Assembly (NCBI GenBank): GCA_963716745.1
Contig: OY970320.1
Location: 1,504,001-1,568,000, forward strand
DNA length: 64,000 bases
Direction: 5' to 3'
From: an uncultured Gemmatimonadaceae bacterium
GTDB taxonomy: Bacteria; Gemmatimonadota; Gemmatimonadetes; Gemmatimonadales; Gemmatimonadaceae
The notes below the pieces were generated by a model. It was given only the letters and a program-made list of their open reading frames with translations. It was not told the origin of the DNA and made no database searches. How positions within the stretch are numbered: the stretch's first letter is position 1; each line of letters opens with the position of its first letter. Shown here in pieces: positions 39,847-49,764 of this stretch. A program made the position numbers and the translations under genes.

Positions 39847-40338
39847 CTACCGCCCGCGCACCGTCGCGCGCCGGAGTCCGAGTCCGATCTGTACGCCACC
39901 GCCGTATCCGGCCTCCACGAACGGAGTCCACGATCCCCACTTCGGGCCCTCGAGTCCGACGAGCGCCACGAGCGCGCCGCGCCACGATGGCGCCGCTTCA
40001 TAGCGGAGACTCAGGCCGCCGGTGCCGTAGAGCGCCCACTGCTCTTTGCGATCCGGATCGAGCACGTAGCGCCCCAGCAGGTCGAAGCGCGCGCTGAATT
40101 CACCCACGCCGCTCGCGAGAGTGCTGCCCGCGCCGCCGAGCGCAACGAGCCGGAAGCTCGGGTCGAGGAAGAACGCCACCGCCGCCGCGCCCTGCACCGT
40201 GGTCGTGCTCGCGAGGAACACATCGGCGCGCCCCTCCCACTGCGGGCCTGGCACACTCTGCGCCGCGCTCGACGTCGCCGCGAACGCGACCGCCGCGATG
40301 ACCGAGCGGTAGCGCCACGCACAACTCTTGTTCCTCAC
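39847..40338 (-). CDS. Hypothetical secreted beta-strand-rich (outer-membrane-like) protein
   Basis: Signal peptide ending SSAAQ; alternating strands such as PFVEAGYGGGVQIGLGLR. Confidence 0.55.
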   Translation of the reverse strand: MRNKSCAWRYRSVIAAVAFAATSSAAQSVPGPQWEGRADVFLASTTTVQGAAAVAFFLDPSFRLVALGGAGSTLASGVGEFSARFDLLGRYVLDPDRKEQWALYGTGGLSLRYEAAPSWRGALVALVGLEGPKWGSWTPFVEAGYGGGVQIGLGLRRATVRGR

Positions 40339-40859
40339 GCTTTTCGCCGTGTGCGTGAGAGGTACATCGTATAATCAATGATCGCCCACGCCGAGCACCC
40401 CGCCACGACCCAGATGTACCACGCGAGCCACGCGGGCTCGAGCAGGATCACGAACAGCGCGGCGATCTGGAGCGTGGTGAGCACTTTGCCGGAGAGCCGC
40501 GCCTTGAAATCGCTGACCTCGAGACCCGGCAGATAGTGCGCGACGAGGAGCCCCACCGCCGTCGCGAGGTCGCGGGAGATGATGATGAAATAGTCGCGGG
40601 TGGTGAGCGAGCCGTCGAACAGGAATGCCGAGAGCGCGAGGAGCACGAATGTCTTGTCGGCGATCGGGTCGAGCAGCGCGCCCACGCGCGTGCTGGCGCC
40701 CTGACGCGCGAGCCAGCCGTCCAACAGATCGGTAAGCGCGGCTGCACTGATGAGCGCGAGACGCGCGGTAGTGCCGTGCACCGCCACGAACGCCGCGGCC
40801 AGCGGGATGCGCGCGAAGGACAGCAGGTTCGGAACGGTGAACACGCGGTTCTGCTGCAC
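40335..40859 (-). CDS. CDP-alcohol phosphatidyltransferase (PgsA-like)
   Basis: PNLLSFARI and DLLDGWLAR...GALLDPIADK signature. Confidence 0.9.
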   Translation of the reverse strand: MQQNRVFTVPNLLSFARIPLAAAFVAVHGTTARLALISAAALTDLLDGWLARQGASTRVGALLDPIADKTFVLLALSAFLFDGSLTTRDYFIIISRDLATAVGLLVAHYLPGLEVSDFKARLSGKVLTTLQIAALFVILLEPAWLAWYIWVVAGCSAWAIIDYTMYLSRTRRKA

Positions 40860-40917
40860 GCCGCAAGCTAGATGGACCGCTCCGCGCTTGCCAGCGCGGG
40901 GCGTTGGACGCTATTTC

Positions 40918-41388
40918 ATGGATATGTCCGCCACCATCGAGATCCTCAAGACGATCAACATCTTCAAGGACCTCACGCCCGAGGAACTCGGCCGCGTCTC
41001 GGAACTCTGCGAGGAGCGGAAATACGAGTCGGGGGTGTACGTGTTCCATGAAGGCGAGCCGGGCAACCGGCTGTTCATCATCGTCGAGGGCGCGGTGCGG
41101 ATCTCGCGCCAGATCCCGGGCGCCGGTGAAGAGGCGCTCGCCGTGCTCAAGAAGGGCGCGCTCTTCGGAGAGATGGCGGTATTCGACAAGAGCGAGCGCT
41201 CCACCGACGCGATCGCCGACGGCGGTGTGACCGTGCTCACGATCTCGCGCCCCGAATTCGAGATGCTCCTCGAATTCAACAAGGAGCTGGGCACGAAGAT
41301 GCTCTGGGCCGTGATCCGGATGCTCTCCATGCGACTCCGCAGCACGAACGACTCGCTCAAATCGTTCCTGGCGATGAGTATGTTCTAA
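40918..41388 (+). CDS. Stand-alone cyclic nucleotide-binding domain protein
   Basis: FHEGEPG, FIIVEGAV, FGEMA and RSTDA; no HTH. Confidence 0.85.
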   Translation: MDMSATIEILKTINIFKDLTPEELGRVSELCEERKYESGVYVFHEGEPGNRLFIIVEGAVRISRQIPGAGEEALAVLKKGALFGEMAVFDKSERSTDAIADGGVTVLTISRPEFEMLLEFNKELGTKMLWAVIRMLSMRLRSTNDSLKSFLAMSMF

Positions 41389-41439
41389 CTGCGGACGACG
41401 GGCTGTTACGCTTCTACCGCTCCAGGCATCTAGTACTAA

Positions 41440-41805
41440 ATGCCCGCGACCATCCCGCCTCCCGCCTTGTCCGCGTTCACGCACGTCGCCGCCGATCTCA
41501 TCGGGGTGACGGGCGACGCGCTGCGCGATGTCTCGGCGCTCGGCGGGCTGCTTATCGCGGCGGCGGGCGCGGCGGGCTACGGCACGATCGGGGCGCCGGT
41601 GGTGAAGCAGTTGCCGGGCGGCGACGTCGCCGGGGTGCTGCTGCTCGACGGCTGCCACATCGCGCTGCATTCGTTCCCCGAGCGCGAATTGCTCCTCCTC
41701 GACATCCTCGCCCCCGCCTCGCGCGACGCGCGGAAGGCGCTGGACGTATTCGCGAAGCGTCTGGTTCCGCGGCAGATCAGGAGCGAGGCCCGGCCGAGGG
41801 GTTAG
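41440..41805 (+). CDS. S-adenosylmethionine decarboxylase (SpeD/SpeH)-like protein with altered cleavage site
   Basis: HVAADL, GDVAGVLLLDGCHIALHSFPE and LLDI align with the class 1B AdoMetDC fold. Confidence 0.7.
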   Translation: MPATIPPPALSAFTHVAADLIGVTGDALRDVSALGGLLIAAAGAAGYGTIGAPVVKQLPGGDVAGVLLLDGCHIALHSFPERELLLLDILAPASRDARKALDVFAKRLVPRQIRSEARPRG

Positions 41806-44442
41806 TCGCTCCCTTGGCGTTCCCTCGCACGACGGCCTGTACGAGTCGCGATTCGTCGAAGTACTTCCTCGCGAGTTCTCGCATTGCGCCCGCCGTCACC
41901 GCCGCGCACGCGCGCATCGTGCTCGTCGAGCTCGCGAGTCCGCGTCCCATCATCCATGCGTCGACGATCTCCCCGAGCACGCTGCCGCCGCTCTGCTGGC
42001 GGATCGCGTGCGTGCCGATCGCGTATTCCTGCGCCAGCTCCAGTTCGCGCGCGGTGACCTCGCCCTCGCGCAGCCGCGCGAACTCGCGCAGGAGTCCGCG
42101 GCGCGCCGTCTCCTCCTGCGCTGGCGACGTCGCGATGTAACTCACGAACATGCCCGCGCGACGGCGCTCGCTCGAGTGCGCGTGCACGGTGTAGGCGAGC
42201 GACTTCTTGTCGCGCAGCTCCTCGAAGAACCGGCCGCCGAGTCCGCTCGCGACACCGGCGATCATCTCGGCCGCCCAGCGATCGTCGTCCCACCGGTCGG
42301 GCGCGGGGAACGCGAGCGCGAGTGCCGTCTGCGCCTTGTCGCGGTCCTCGCTCACCGACACCGGCCGCGCGCCGGCCACGCCGGTGCGTCCAACGCACCC
42401 GGCCGGCCCGCGCCGAGGCCTGCGAAGAGCACCGCGGCGCGCGCGGCCGCGTCGTCGGCGTCCACGTCGCCCACGATCGCGATCGCCGTCGCACCGCTGA
42501 TCACGCGCACGCGGTGCCAGGCACGCAGCCGCCCTGCATCCAGCGCGGCGAGTGTGTGCTCATAGCCGCTCGAAGGAATGCCGTATGGGTGCCCCGCGAA
42601 CGCCGCCGAGACGAGCAGGCGCATCGGCCAGCGGTACATGTCATCGCGCATCAGCGCGAGGTCGGCGATCGCCACGGCGCGCTCGGTCTCCAGCGCGCCC
42701 GCCGGGAAATTCGCGTTCAGCACGACATCGGCGAGCAGCGCCATCGCCGCCGCGCCATGCTGCGATGGCACGGAGATCGACCAGCCCAGTTGCTCGGCGC
42801 CGGCATGCGCGCTCACGCTCCCGCCGAGCGATTCCGCCTCTTCCGCGATCTGCTCGGCGCGGCGCTTGGCCGTGCCCTTCACCGCCGTGCGCGTCATGAG
42901 CGACGTGAGCCCCGCGCTCTCTTCGTTCTCATCGCTGGCGCCGCCCGCCGCGAATACGCCCACGTGCATGAGCGGCGATCCCGCGCGCCGCTTCACGAGC
43001 ACTGGCACGCCCGCCGCCGTGCGATAGATGCGCACACCCGCCTCCTCGCGGTCGAGCGCGACCGGCGAGAGCACGAGCGCGGGCGACTCCGGCGCCGGCG
43101 ACGGCGCGACGAAGGGCTGGGCGCGCCCTCCTTCCAGGATCGCGCGCAGCGCACCGGTGTCCGCGGCGACGGGCGGCGAATTCCGCGGCCGGTAGAACAG
43201 CACGCCCGCGCGCTCCGCCGTGAGGTGCCGGCGCATCGCCGCGGTCACTTGCTCGCCGTCGGCGCCAAGCAGTCCCGCGAGGTATGCACCGCCAAGCGTC
43301 CAGGCGCCGAGCGCTTCCCACCCGGCGAGATAGGTCGCCTGGCCCTCCATGGTCTCCAGCCGGCGCAGCCACTGCGATTCGATCACGCGGCGCGCGCGCT
43401 CAAGCTCGGCCGGGTGCACGCCCACATCGCGCATTGCCGCGAGCTGCGCCCACGCTTCGGCGGTCGCATCCGCGGCCGATGAGGGTGGCCCCTCCGCGTG
43501 GATGGTGAACACGCCGAGCTGGGTCGGCGTGTAGTTCGACGCTCCGATGGAGGCGACGAGCCGGCGCTCGCGCACCGCGCGATAGAGTCGCGACGCGCGG
43601 CCCGCGCCGAGCATCGTCGCGGCGAGATCGAGCAGCACCGTGTCGGCGTCGAGCGTGCCCGGCGTTCGCCAGCCGATCGCGATCTGCGTCTGCGCGATGT
43701 CGCCTGCCAGTTCGTGGAAACGGAGTCCGTCGTGCTCCGGCTCCGCCGGTCCGGCCGCATGCTCCACCGGAGCATCTTTGAGCGTGCCGTACAGGCGCTC
43801 CACTTCGCGCACCGCGATCTTCAGGTCAATGTCGCCCACGATCGAAAGGATCGTATTGCCGGGGCGGTAGTGATTGCGGTAGAAGCGCGTGACATCCGCG
43901 CGCGTGAACCGCCGCAGCATGTCCTCGCGGCCGATGCGCCAGCGTCGCATCCGATGCCGGTCGTGCAGCAACGCGTACAGCGACTCGACCGCCACGGCGG
44001 AGGGATTGTCCTCCTTCCGTTTGGCTTCCTGGATGATGACCGCGAGCTCGCGCGCGAGCTCATCCGCATCGATGAGCGAATTCGCGAACGCATCGAATTG
44101 GATCTCGAGTCCGCGCACGAACGCCGCGGACGGGAGTACGGTGTAATAGCTGGTCTGGTCGTAGATCGTGCCGGCGTTCAGGTAGCCGCCGGCGGCCTTC
44201 GTCGCACGCGGGATCTCGCCCACGCCGCGCGTGGGCGTCCCCTTGAAGTACATGTGCTCGAGCACGTGGGAGATGCCCTGCACGTCGTCCGTCTCATCGA
44301 AGTAGCCGGCTCTCACGTGCGTGACGATCGCGACGACCGGCGCACTGGCGTCGCGGCGGAGGAGAACGGTGAGCCCGTTCTCCAACCGCACGCGCCTGAC
44401 GGAATCGACTGGAAGGAGCGGCGAAGCGCCGCCGCCGCTCAC
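41777..44442 (-). CDS. M16 (pitrilysin-family) zinc protease; frameshifts near 42370 and 41910-41940
   Basis: LENGLTV, HVLEH (HxxEH), NAGT, FYRNHYRPGN and ELRDKKSLAY; GTG start overlaps the TPR gene stop. Confidence 0.88.
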
Positions 44443-45557
44443 TGCACGATGCGCAGCAGTCCCGCGTCGGCGCTGCCGCGGATGAAACTCTCCGCGTCGT
44501 GCGTCGGGATCTTCACGCCGGTGAGGGAATAGCCGCGGCGCGCCTCGGTGGCCATGAATTCCTGCACCGAGCGTCCGGTCATCATGGTGTTCGCCTCTTT
44601 CATCGCGCGCACGATGCGGTCCCACGAGCCGCGGAACTCGGTGCCGTCATCGATCAGCACGCTGTGCTCCGAACTCTCCTCATCGCGGCGGCGCTCGGCG
44701 AGATCGGCGAGCAGCGTGGAGAACAGCTCGAGCTGCGCGCGGTCGCGCGATTCCGCTTCCTCGGCCGCCCGCGTCTCGATCTCGGAGAGCATGTCGTCGA
44801 TCGGGTCGCTCTCCCCGGCGAGTTCGCCCAGCCGGTTGCGCCATTCCACGAATTCGGGATCGGCATCGCTCGCGCGCTTGAGCTTCTTCGTGAGATCGAT
44901 GTAGCGCCAGATGCCGAGTTCATCCCAGTGGTCCTCGGCGGACGTGCGCTCGAGATGCCGGAGCGAGCGCTCGTATTCGCCGCGATCGTACAGGATGTTC
45001 GCGAGGTAGATGCGCGCCTCGGTGTGCTCGTCATCCAGTTCGAGCGCGCGCTCGAGATGTGCGATCGCTTCGTCGTCCTTGCCGAGCCGGTGCTGCGCGT
45101 AGCCGAGGCACGCCTGGGCCTCGGCGAGCTCCGGGCTCTCGCGCACCGCGGTCTCGAAGAATTCGCGCGACTCCTCGAGCATCTCCTCGCGGAAGAGCGC
45201 GCGCCCTACCTGCAGCACGAGATCGAGGTCGTCCTCGTAGCCGAGCTCGAGGATGCGGCGGAAGCTGGTGAGCGCGGCGTCGCGCTGGCCGAGTTTCAGC
45301 AGCGTCTCGCCGAGCCCGGCGAGACCGTCCTCGTGATTCCCGTCGAGCACGAGCCCCATCTCGAAGCTCTGGCGCGCCCACGCGTACTCTTCACGCGCGA
45401 GCCGGGCGTAGCCCACGCCCACGTGCAGTTCCACCGAGCCCGGGTAGAGCGCGAGTCCTTCGCGCAGCACTTCGAGCGCCTCCTCGTACTGGCCTTCGTT
45501 GTAGAGTTGGTGGGCGCGTTCGTCGTACTCTTCGGAACTCAGGAATGGGTTCGACAT
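44439..45557 (-). CDS. Tetratricopeptide repeat protein
   Basis: About six TPR units followed by an unrecognised C-terminal domain. Confidence 0.85.
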   Translation of the reverse strand: MSNPFLSSEEYDERAHQLYNEGQYEEALEVLREGLALYPGSVELHVGVGYARLAREEYAWARQSFEMGLVLDGNHEDGLAGLGETLLKLGQRDAALTSFRRILELGYEDDLDLVLQVGRALFREEMLEESREFFETAVRESPELAEAQACLGYAQHRLGKDDEAIAHLERALELDDEHTEARIYLANILYDRGEYERSLRHLERTSAEDHWDELGIWRYIDLTKKLKRASDADPEFVEWRNRLGELAGESDPIDDMLSEIETRAAEEAESRDRAQLELFSTLLADLAERRRDEESSEHSVLIDDGTEFRGSWDRIVRAMKEANTMMTGRSVQEFMATEARRGYSLTGVKIPTHDAESFIRGSADAGLLRIVQ

Positions 45558-45617
45558 CGGCTCCGGCGCCTCCGGCACTGAGGGACATCGTAACGTAGCA
45601 TACCGTGACCGCGAAGT

Positions 45618-46547
45618 TCAACCGCCTGCCGTGCCCTGCATCGCACTCAGACTCCTGGCGATCGCCGCCGCGAGCGCGGCGTTCGCTTCCAGCAGGGCGA
45701 GGTTCGCCGCGCGCGCGCGGCCTTTCGTCGCCTTGTCCACCGCGGCCAGCAGGAAAGGTGTGAGGGCTGCGCCTCCCACCTTCTTGAGAGACGCCGACCG
45801 CTGCGCCCCCTGCACAGCCCGCTTCACCGTGGCGGCGCTCAGCGCGTGCTCCTCCGCCACCGGTTGCATCACGACCATGCCCTCATTCCGTGCGAGCGCG
45901 CGGTGCAATCGCCACATACTCGCGACATCCAGCGGCGCATCGGCGCGCGCCGCGAGCGGGATCCCGCTCGAGCGCGAGTAGAACGCCGGCATCTCATCCG
46001 TGCCGTAACCGATCACCGGCACGCCCAACGATTCCAGCCGTTCGTTCGTGGCGGCGAGGTCGAGGATCGACTTCGCCCCCGCGCACACCACCAGCACCGG
46101 CGTTCGCGAGAGCTCCATCAGGTCCGCACTCTCGTCGAACTTGGGACTCTTGTGCACGCCGCCAATGCCACCGGTGGCGAATACCTCGACTCCCGCCGCA
46201 CGCGCCAGCATGATCGCCGCCGCCACGGTCGTCGCGCCGTCCACGCCTTTCGCCATCGCGAGCGGCACGTCGCGCGCCGAGATCTTCCGAATGCCTTCAC
46301 GCCGGAGGAACCGCTCCAGCTCATCCCGTTCGAGTCCCACCGCGGCGACCCCGCGCACGACCGCGGTGATCGCCGGCACCGCGCCGGCCGCGCGCACCGC
46401 GGCGATCATGCGCGCCGCCGCTTCGCGATTCGCCGGTTCGGGCAAACCCTGCGCGAACACACTGCTTTCTAGGGCGACGACAGGCGCGCGCGACCGCAAC
46501 GCGGCCGCGATCTCCGGCAGCACGCGCACCGGAACGGGCGCGTTCAT
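45618..46547 (-). CDS. psuG: Pseudouridine-5'-phosphate glycosidase
   Basis: VVALESS, GATTVA, FATGGIGGVH, DESADL, GAKSILD and TPFLL. Confidence 0.92.
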   Translation of the reverse strand: MNAPVPVRVLPEIAAALRSRAPVVALESSVFAQGLPEPANREAAARMIAAVRAAGAVPAITAVVRGVAAVGLERDELERFLRREGIRKISARDVPLAMAKGVDGATTVAAAIMLARAAGVEVFATGGIGGVHKSPKFDESADLMELSRTPVLVVCAGAKSILDLAATNERLESLGVPVIGYGTDEMPAFYSRSSGIPLAARADAPLDVASMWRLHRALARNEGMVVMQPVAEEHALSAATVKRAVQGAQRSASLKKVGGAALTPFLLAAVDKATKGRARAANLALLEANAALAAAIARSLSAMQGTAGG

Positions 46548-46572
46548 GCCATCACGCGCCGGCGGACTACCG

Positions 46573-48228
46573 TCATTTCTTCGGACCGCCGGTGGAATCG
46601 CGCATCGCCTTGAACTCCGCGCCCGCGCTCCATTCCGGCACCACGGGCGAGTTCCCGAGCGCGCGGCCGAATATGAGCACGATGTCGGCGAGCTGCGTCG
46701 CGCCGGAAAGATCGAAGTCCGGCCGATACTCATCGGATGGCTGGTGATAGCGGTGCGCCGTATAGTCCGCCTGCTGCGCTTCGCCCCAACCCTTCGGCCG
46801 TCCGACGTACGTGAGTCCCGCGCCGATCGAGATCGCGGGGACGCCCGCCTTGGCGAACGAGAAGTGGTCGCTGCGATAGAAGTGACCCGCCTCCGGATGC
46901 GGGTCGGGCACGAGCGACATCCCCTTGGTCTGCAGGAGATGCGCGAACATCGTGCCGAGCGAGCTCTTGTTGGAGCCGATCACCACGTAGTCCTTCATCT
47001 TCCCGTCGAGCGGCACGACGTCGAGGTTCAGATCGGCGACGATCTGGTTCACAGGCACGGTGGGGTGCGTCGCGAACCAGGCGGAGCCGAGGAGTCCCGA
47101 TTCTTCCGCCGTGACGAACACGAACAGCTGCGTGCGCCGCGTGGGCGCGAGCTTCGCGGCCGCGCGCGCGATGCCGAGCACCGCCGCGGTGCCCGACGCG
47201 TTGTCGGCCGCGCCGTTGTAGATGGAGTCGCCGTTCACCGCGGGGCCGATGCCGAGATGGTCCCAGTGCGCGCTGTACACGACGTACTGCTCCTTGTAGC
47301 CGGCCGCGTTGCCGTTCACGACGCCCACCACGTTCTCGCTCTCCATGTGCGACATGTGGTTCTTCATCGTCATGTCCATCATGATGCCGGTGTGCACCGG
47401 CTTGAACGCGCGCGTTGCCGCCTGCGCGCGCAGGTCGCCCATGTTAAGTCCAGCCTGCGCGAGCAGCGCGCTCGCCGCGCTGTCGGTGATCCATCCGTTC
47501 ACGCCGTTGGGCGACGGGCCGTTGGGATCGCGCGGCAGCATGCGGATCTCCTTCGCCCACGATCCCACCACCGTGTGCCACGGATAGCTCGCCGCCTCGG
47601 TGGTGTGCACGATGAGCACGCCCGCGGCGCCGAGGCGTTCGCCTTCCTCGTACTTGTAGGTCCAGCGGCCGTAGTAGGTCATCGCTTTGCCGCCGAAGAA
47701 TCCCGGCTCGCTCGCCGTGGCCGGCGGATCGTTCACGAGCACCAAGAGGATCTTCCCCTTCATGCTCTCGCCCTTGAAGTCGTCCCACTTGTACTCGGGC
47801 GCCTGCGCGCCGTAGCCGACGAACACGAGCTCGCCGCGCGCGACGCTCGAGTCCGTCGCGCTGCCCGGCGCGACCACGACATCGTTCGGGTAGTTGAGCG
47901 TCGCCTTCGCCTTGCCGCTCGCCGTGACGCGGATGGTGGACGCGATGGCGCCCACGACGTCGATCGGCACCTTCTGGAAGTACGATCCCTTCACGCCCGG
48001 CAGCACTCCCGCGATCTGCAGCTGCGACGCGATGTACGCCGCCGTGAGCTGCCCGCCGCGCGTCGCCGGCGCGCGTCCCTCGAGCAGGTCGCTCGAGAGG
48101 AACTTGAGGTCGGCGTCATACGCCGACGCCGTGATCTTCGCCGCGCAGGAACATGGCGTGGCGCTCTGAGCGTTGATCGACGCCGGCGCGGCCACGGCAA
48201 GAGACAGGATGACAAGAGTTCGCTTCAT
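46573..48228 (-). CDS. Secreted M28-family peptidase with PA domain
   Basis: SAHWDHLG, NGAADNASG, TAEESGL, RSDHFSF and YHQPSDE. Confidence 0.9.
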   Translation of the reverse strand: MKRTLVILSLAVAAPASINAQSATPCSCAAKITASAYDADLKFLSSDLLEGRAPATRGGQLTAAYIASQLQIAGVLPGVKGSYFQKVPIDVVGAIASTIRVTASGKAKATLNYPNDVVVAPGSATDSSVARGELVFVGYGAQAPEYKWDDFKGESMKGKILLVLVNDPPATASEPGFFGGKAMTYYGRWTYKYEEGERLGAAGVLIVHTTEAASYPWHTVVGSWAKEIRMLPRDPNGPSPNGVNGWITDSAASALLAQAGLNMGDLRAQAATRAFKPVHTGIMMDMTMKNHMSHMESENVVGVVNGNAAGYKEQYVVYSAHWDHLGIGPAVNGDSIYNGAADNASGTAAVLGIARAAAKLAPTRRTQLFVFVTAEESGLLGSAWFATHPTVPVNQIVADLNLDVVPLDGKMKDYVVIGSNKSSLGTMFAHLLQTKGMSLVPDPHPEAGHFYRSDHFSFAKAGVPAISIGAGLTYVGRPKGWGEAQQADYTAHRYHQPSDEYRPDFDLSGATQLADIVLIFGRALGNSPVVPEWSAGAEFKAMRDSTGGPKK

Positions 48229-48272
48229 CAGATTGACTTGAGAAAAGTGAGAGGTGGTGTTGCAGTTCAAAG

Positions 48273-48354
48273 CATGTGAATCATGTTAATCCTGTCCAAT
48301 GCTCTTCCTAGAATCCGCGATAACTGCTTTGACAGGATTAACATGATTTACATG
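48273..48354. repeat. Third copy of the 9-nt-period element, arms in outward orientation (23/24)
   Basis: CATGTGAATCATGTTAATCCTGTC (48273-48296) and AACTGCTTTGACAGGATTAACATGATTTACATG (48322-48354). Confidence 0.85.
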
Positions 48355-48383
48355 ATTGGGCACGGAACGCTAAGTTTGCAGTC

Positions 48384-48545
48384 ATGACCGACACGCCCGC
48401 ACCGGAAACGCCCGCCGCCGAGAATCCCGTCGTCGATACGTCGCCCGCCGCGCCCGAGCGCACCGCCGTCACCTACGGGATCCTGTTCATGGTGCTCGCC
48501 GCGCTCGTCGTGTACTTCGTGCTGCACGCGGTGCGCCGCCACTAG
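48384..48545 (+). CDS. 53-aa single-TM small protein (below the ORF-track cutoff)
   Basis: MTDTPAPETPAAENPVVDTSPAAPERTAVTYGILFMVLAALVVYFVLHAVRRH; GC3-rich; fills the gap; stop overlaps the convergent gene stop. Confidence 0.55.
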   Translation: MTDTPAPETPAAENPVVDTSPAAPERTAVTYGILFMVLAALVVYFVLHAVRRH

Positions 48546-49474
48546 TCCTGTTCGACGGCCGCCTTCGGTGGCACGCCGACGGCTCGCGCGATCTCGGCGC
48601 CCATGCGGCCCATCAATCGCTCCGGCTCATTGTCGATGATCCAGCGCTGGTCCACGTTCGCGCGCGTGAGCACGCACACCACCACTCGCGTCCGCAGATA
48701 GTACAGCCCGCATTCGGTGCGGATGTCGTCATCCTTGCCGGACTTGTGCGCCGCCCGCACGCCCACGAGCATGCGCGTGAGCAACTCCGTCTCGTCGTTG
48801 GTCTCGAGCATCGCGAGCATCGCGGAGTCGGCCTTGGCACCCACGGCCTTCCCCTGCGCCAGCAATACGAAGAGCTGCGCCATCTCGTTGGGCGTGGTCT
48901 TCCCGAGGCCGTACTTCTCGGAACTGTCCCGCGCGATGGTCGTGATCGCGCGCTGCATCACGAGATGGTGCACGCGCGTGTTCGCGAGATGCAGCGAGTC
49001 GAGCCGCGCGTTGACGCGCGCGAGCGTGATCTTCTGCAGCAGCAGGTTGGTCGCGGTGTTGTCGCTGGTCTCGATCATCAGCTGCGCCGCGTCGCGAACG
49101 GTGATCGTGAGTCCGGAGTGCAGGTACTGTAGCACGCCGCTGCCGCCCGCCTTGTCCAGCTCGAGCAGCACCAGCGGATCGTTCAGGGAGATCTGCCCGT
49201 GCTCAACGAGGTCGTAGAGCGTCACCAGCACGCCAACCTTGATCAGGCTCGCGGTGGGGAAGGTCGAATCGCCGCGCAGCGAGAGACGCCATCCCGCATC
49301 CACGTCGCGCACCGCGTAGCCGACCACCCCATGATGCGCCGCCGCGAGCGAATCGAGCGTGCGGTGCAGCTTGGCGGTGTCGACTCTCTGAGCTGCGGCG
49401 ACACCGGCCGCCGCCGCGAGGATCGCTCCCGCGATGCCGAGCGCCGAGAGCCGAGCGCCGAGGCCTGCCGTCAC
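48542..49474 (-). CDS. Serine hydrolase, class A beta-lactamase-like fold
   Basis: ASLIK (SxxK), SDN and HKSG motifs; signal peptide. Confidence 0.85.
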   Translation of the reverse strand: MTAGLGARLSALGIAGAILAAAAGVAAAQRVDTAKLHRTLDSLAAAHHGVVGYAVRDVDAGWRLSLRGDSTFPTASLIKVGVLVTLYDLVEHGQISLNDPLVLLELDKAGGSGVLQYLHSGLTITVRDAAQLMIETSDNTATNLLLQKITLARVNARLDSLHLANTRVHHLVMQRAITTIARDSSEKYGLGKTTPNEMAQLFVLLAQGKAVGAKADSAMLAMLETNDETELLTRMLVGVRAAHKSGKDDDIRTECGLYYLRTRVVVCVLTRANVDQRWIIDNEPERLMGRMGAEIARAVGVPPKAAVEQD

Positions 49475-49478
49475 GTTG

Positions 49479-49706
49479 CTACGCGTCCGTGAACGTCCCC
49501 GCGTTCCGCGTCTCGACGAGCTCGCGCTCCTTGGACGTCGGATCGTACATCGCCAGCACCTTCACGTGCTCGCCCGAGTAGCAGTCGAACACCTTGCCCT
49601 GCCCCTTCCTGATCTCGATCTCGTGGCCGTCCTCGAACCGGAGCACGACGGCCGGATACTTGGTGTTCTCGTATTTCTTGCGGAGCTTTTTCGGAGGAGT
49701 CGGCAT
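49479..49706 (-). CDS. Small hypothetical protein
   Basis: MPTPPKKLRKKYENTKYP...; strong codon bias; upstream of the serine hydrolase. Confidence 0.65.
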   Translation of the reverse strand: MPTPPKKLRKKYENTKYPAVVLRFEDGHEIEIRKGQGKVFDCYSGEHVKVLAMYDPTSKERELVETRNAGTFTDA

Positions 49707-49764
49707 AGCCCTGGGGATGAGAGTCTCCCGAACTTACGGCGCGCGCACGGGGGCTACAAGGCGC

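Noticed and set aside
12170..44442. Frameshifts in the TonB receptor, ctaA, DUF92, FAD oxidoreductase, methyltransferase, KS (five), acs and M16 as pseudogenes or programmed frameshifting
   Set aside because: The cases I resolved at base level (KS, acs, methyltransferase) are single extra bases within otherwise intact motifs, with no premature stops in the corrected frame and no slippery sites. This is the pattern of long-read consensus error. Raw-read mapping would confirm it, especially for the KS.
45618..46547. psuG without an adjacent pseudouridine kinase
   Set aside because: The kinase is often unlinked; nothing unusual can be shown from this window.
48542..49474. Class A beta-lactamase as an antibiotic-resistance gene
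   Set aside because: SxxK, SDN and KSG are present, but I see no ExxLN omega-loop motif and no mobile context; more likely a general serine hydrolase.
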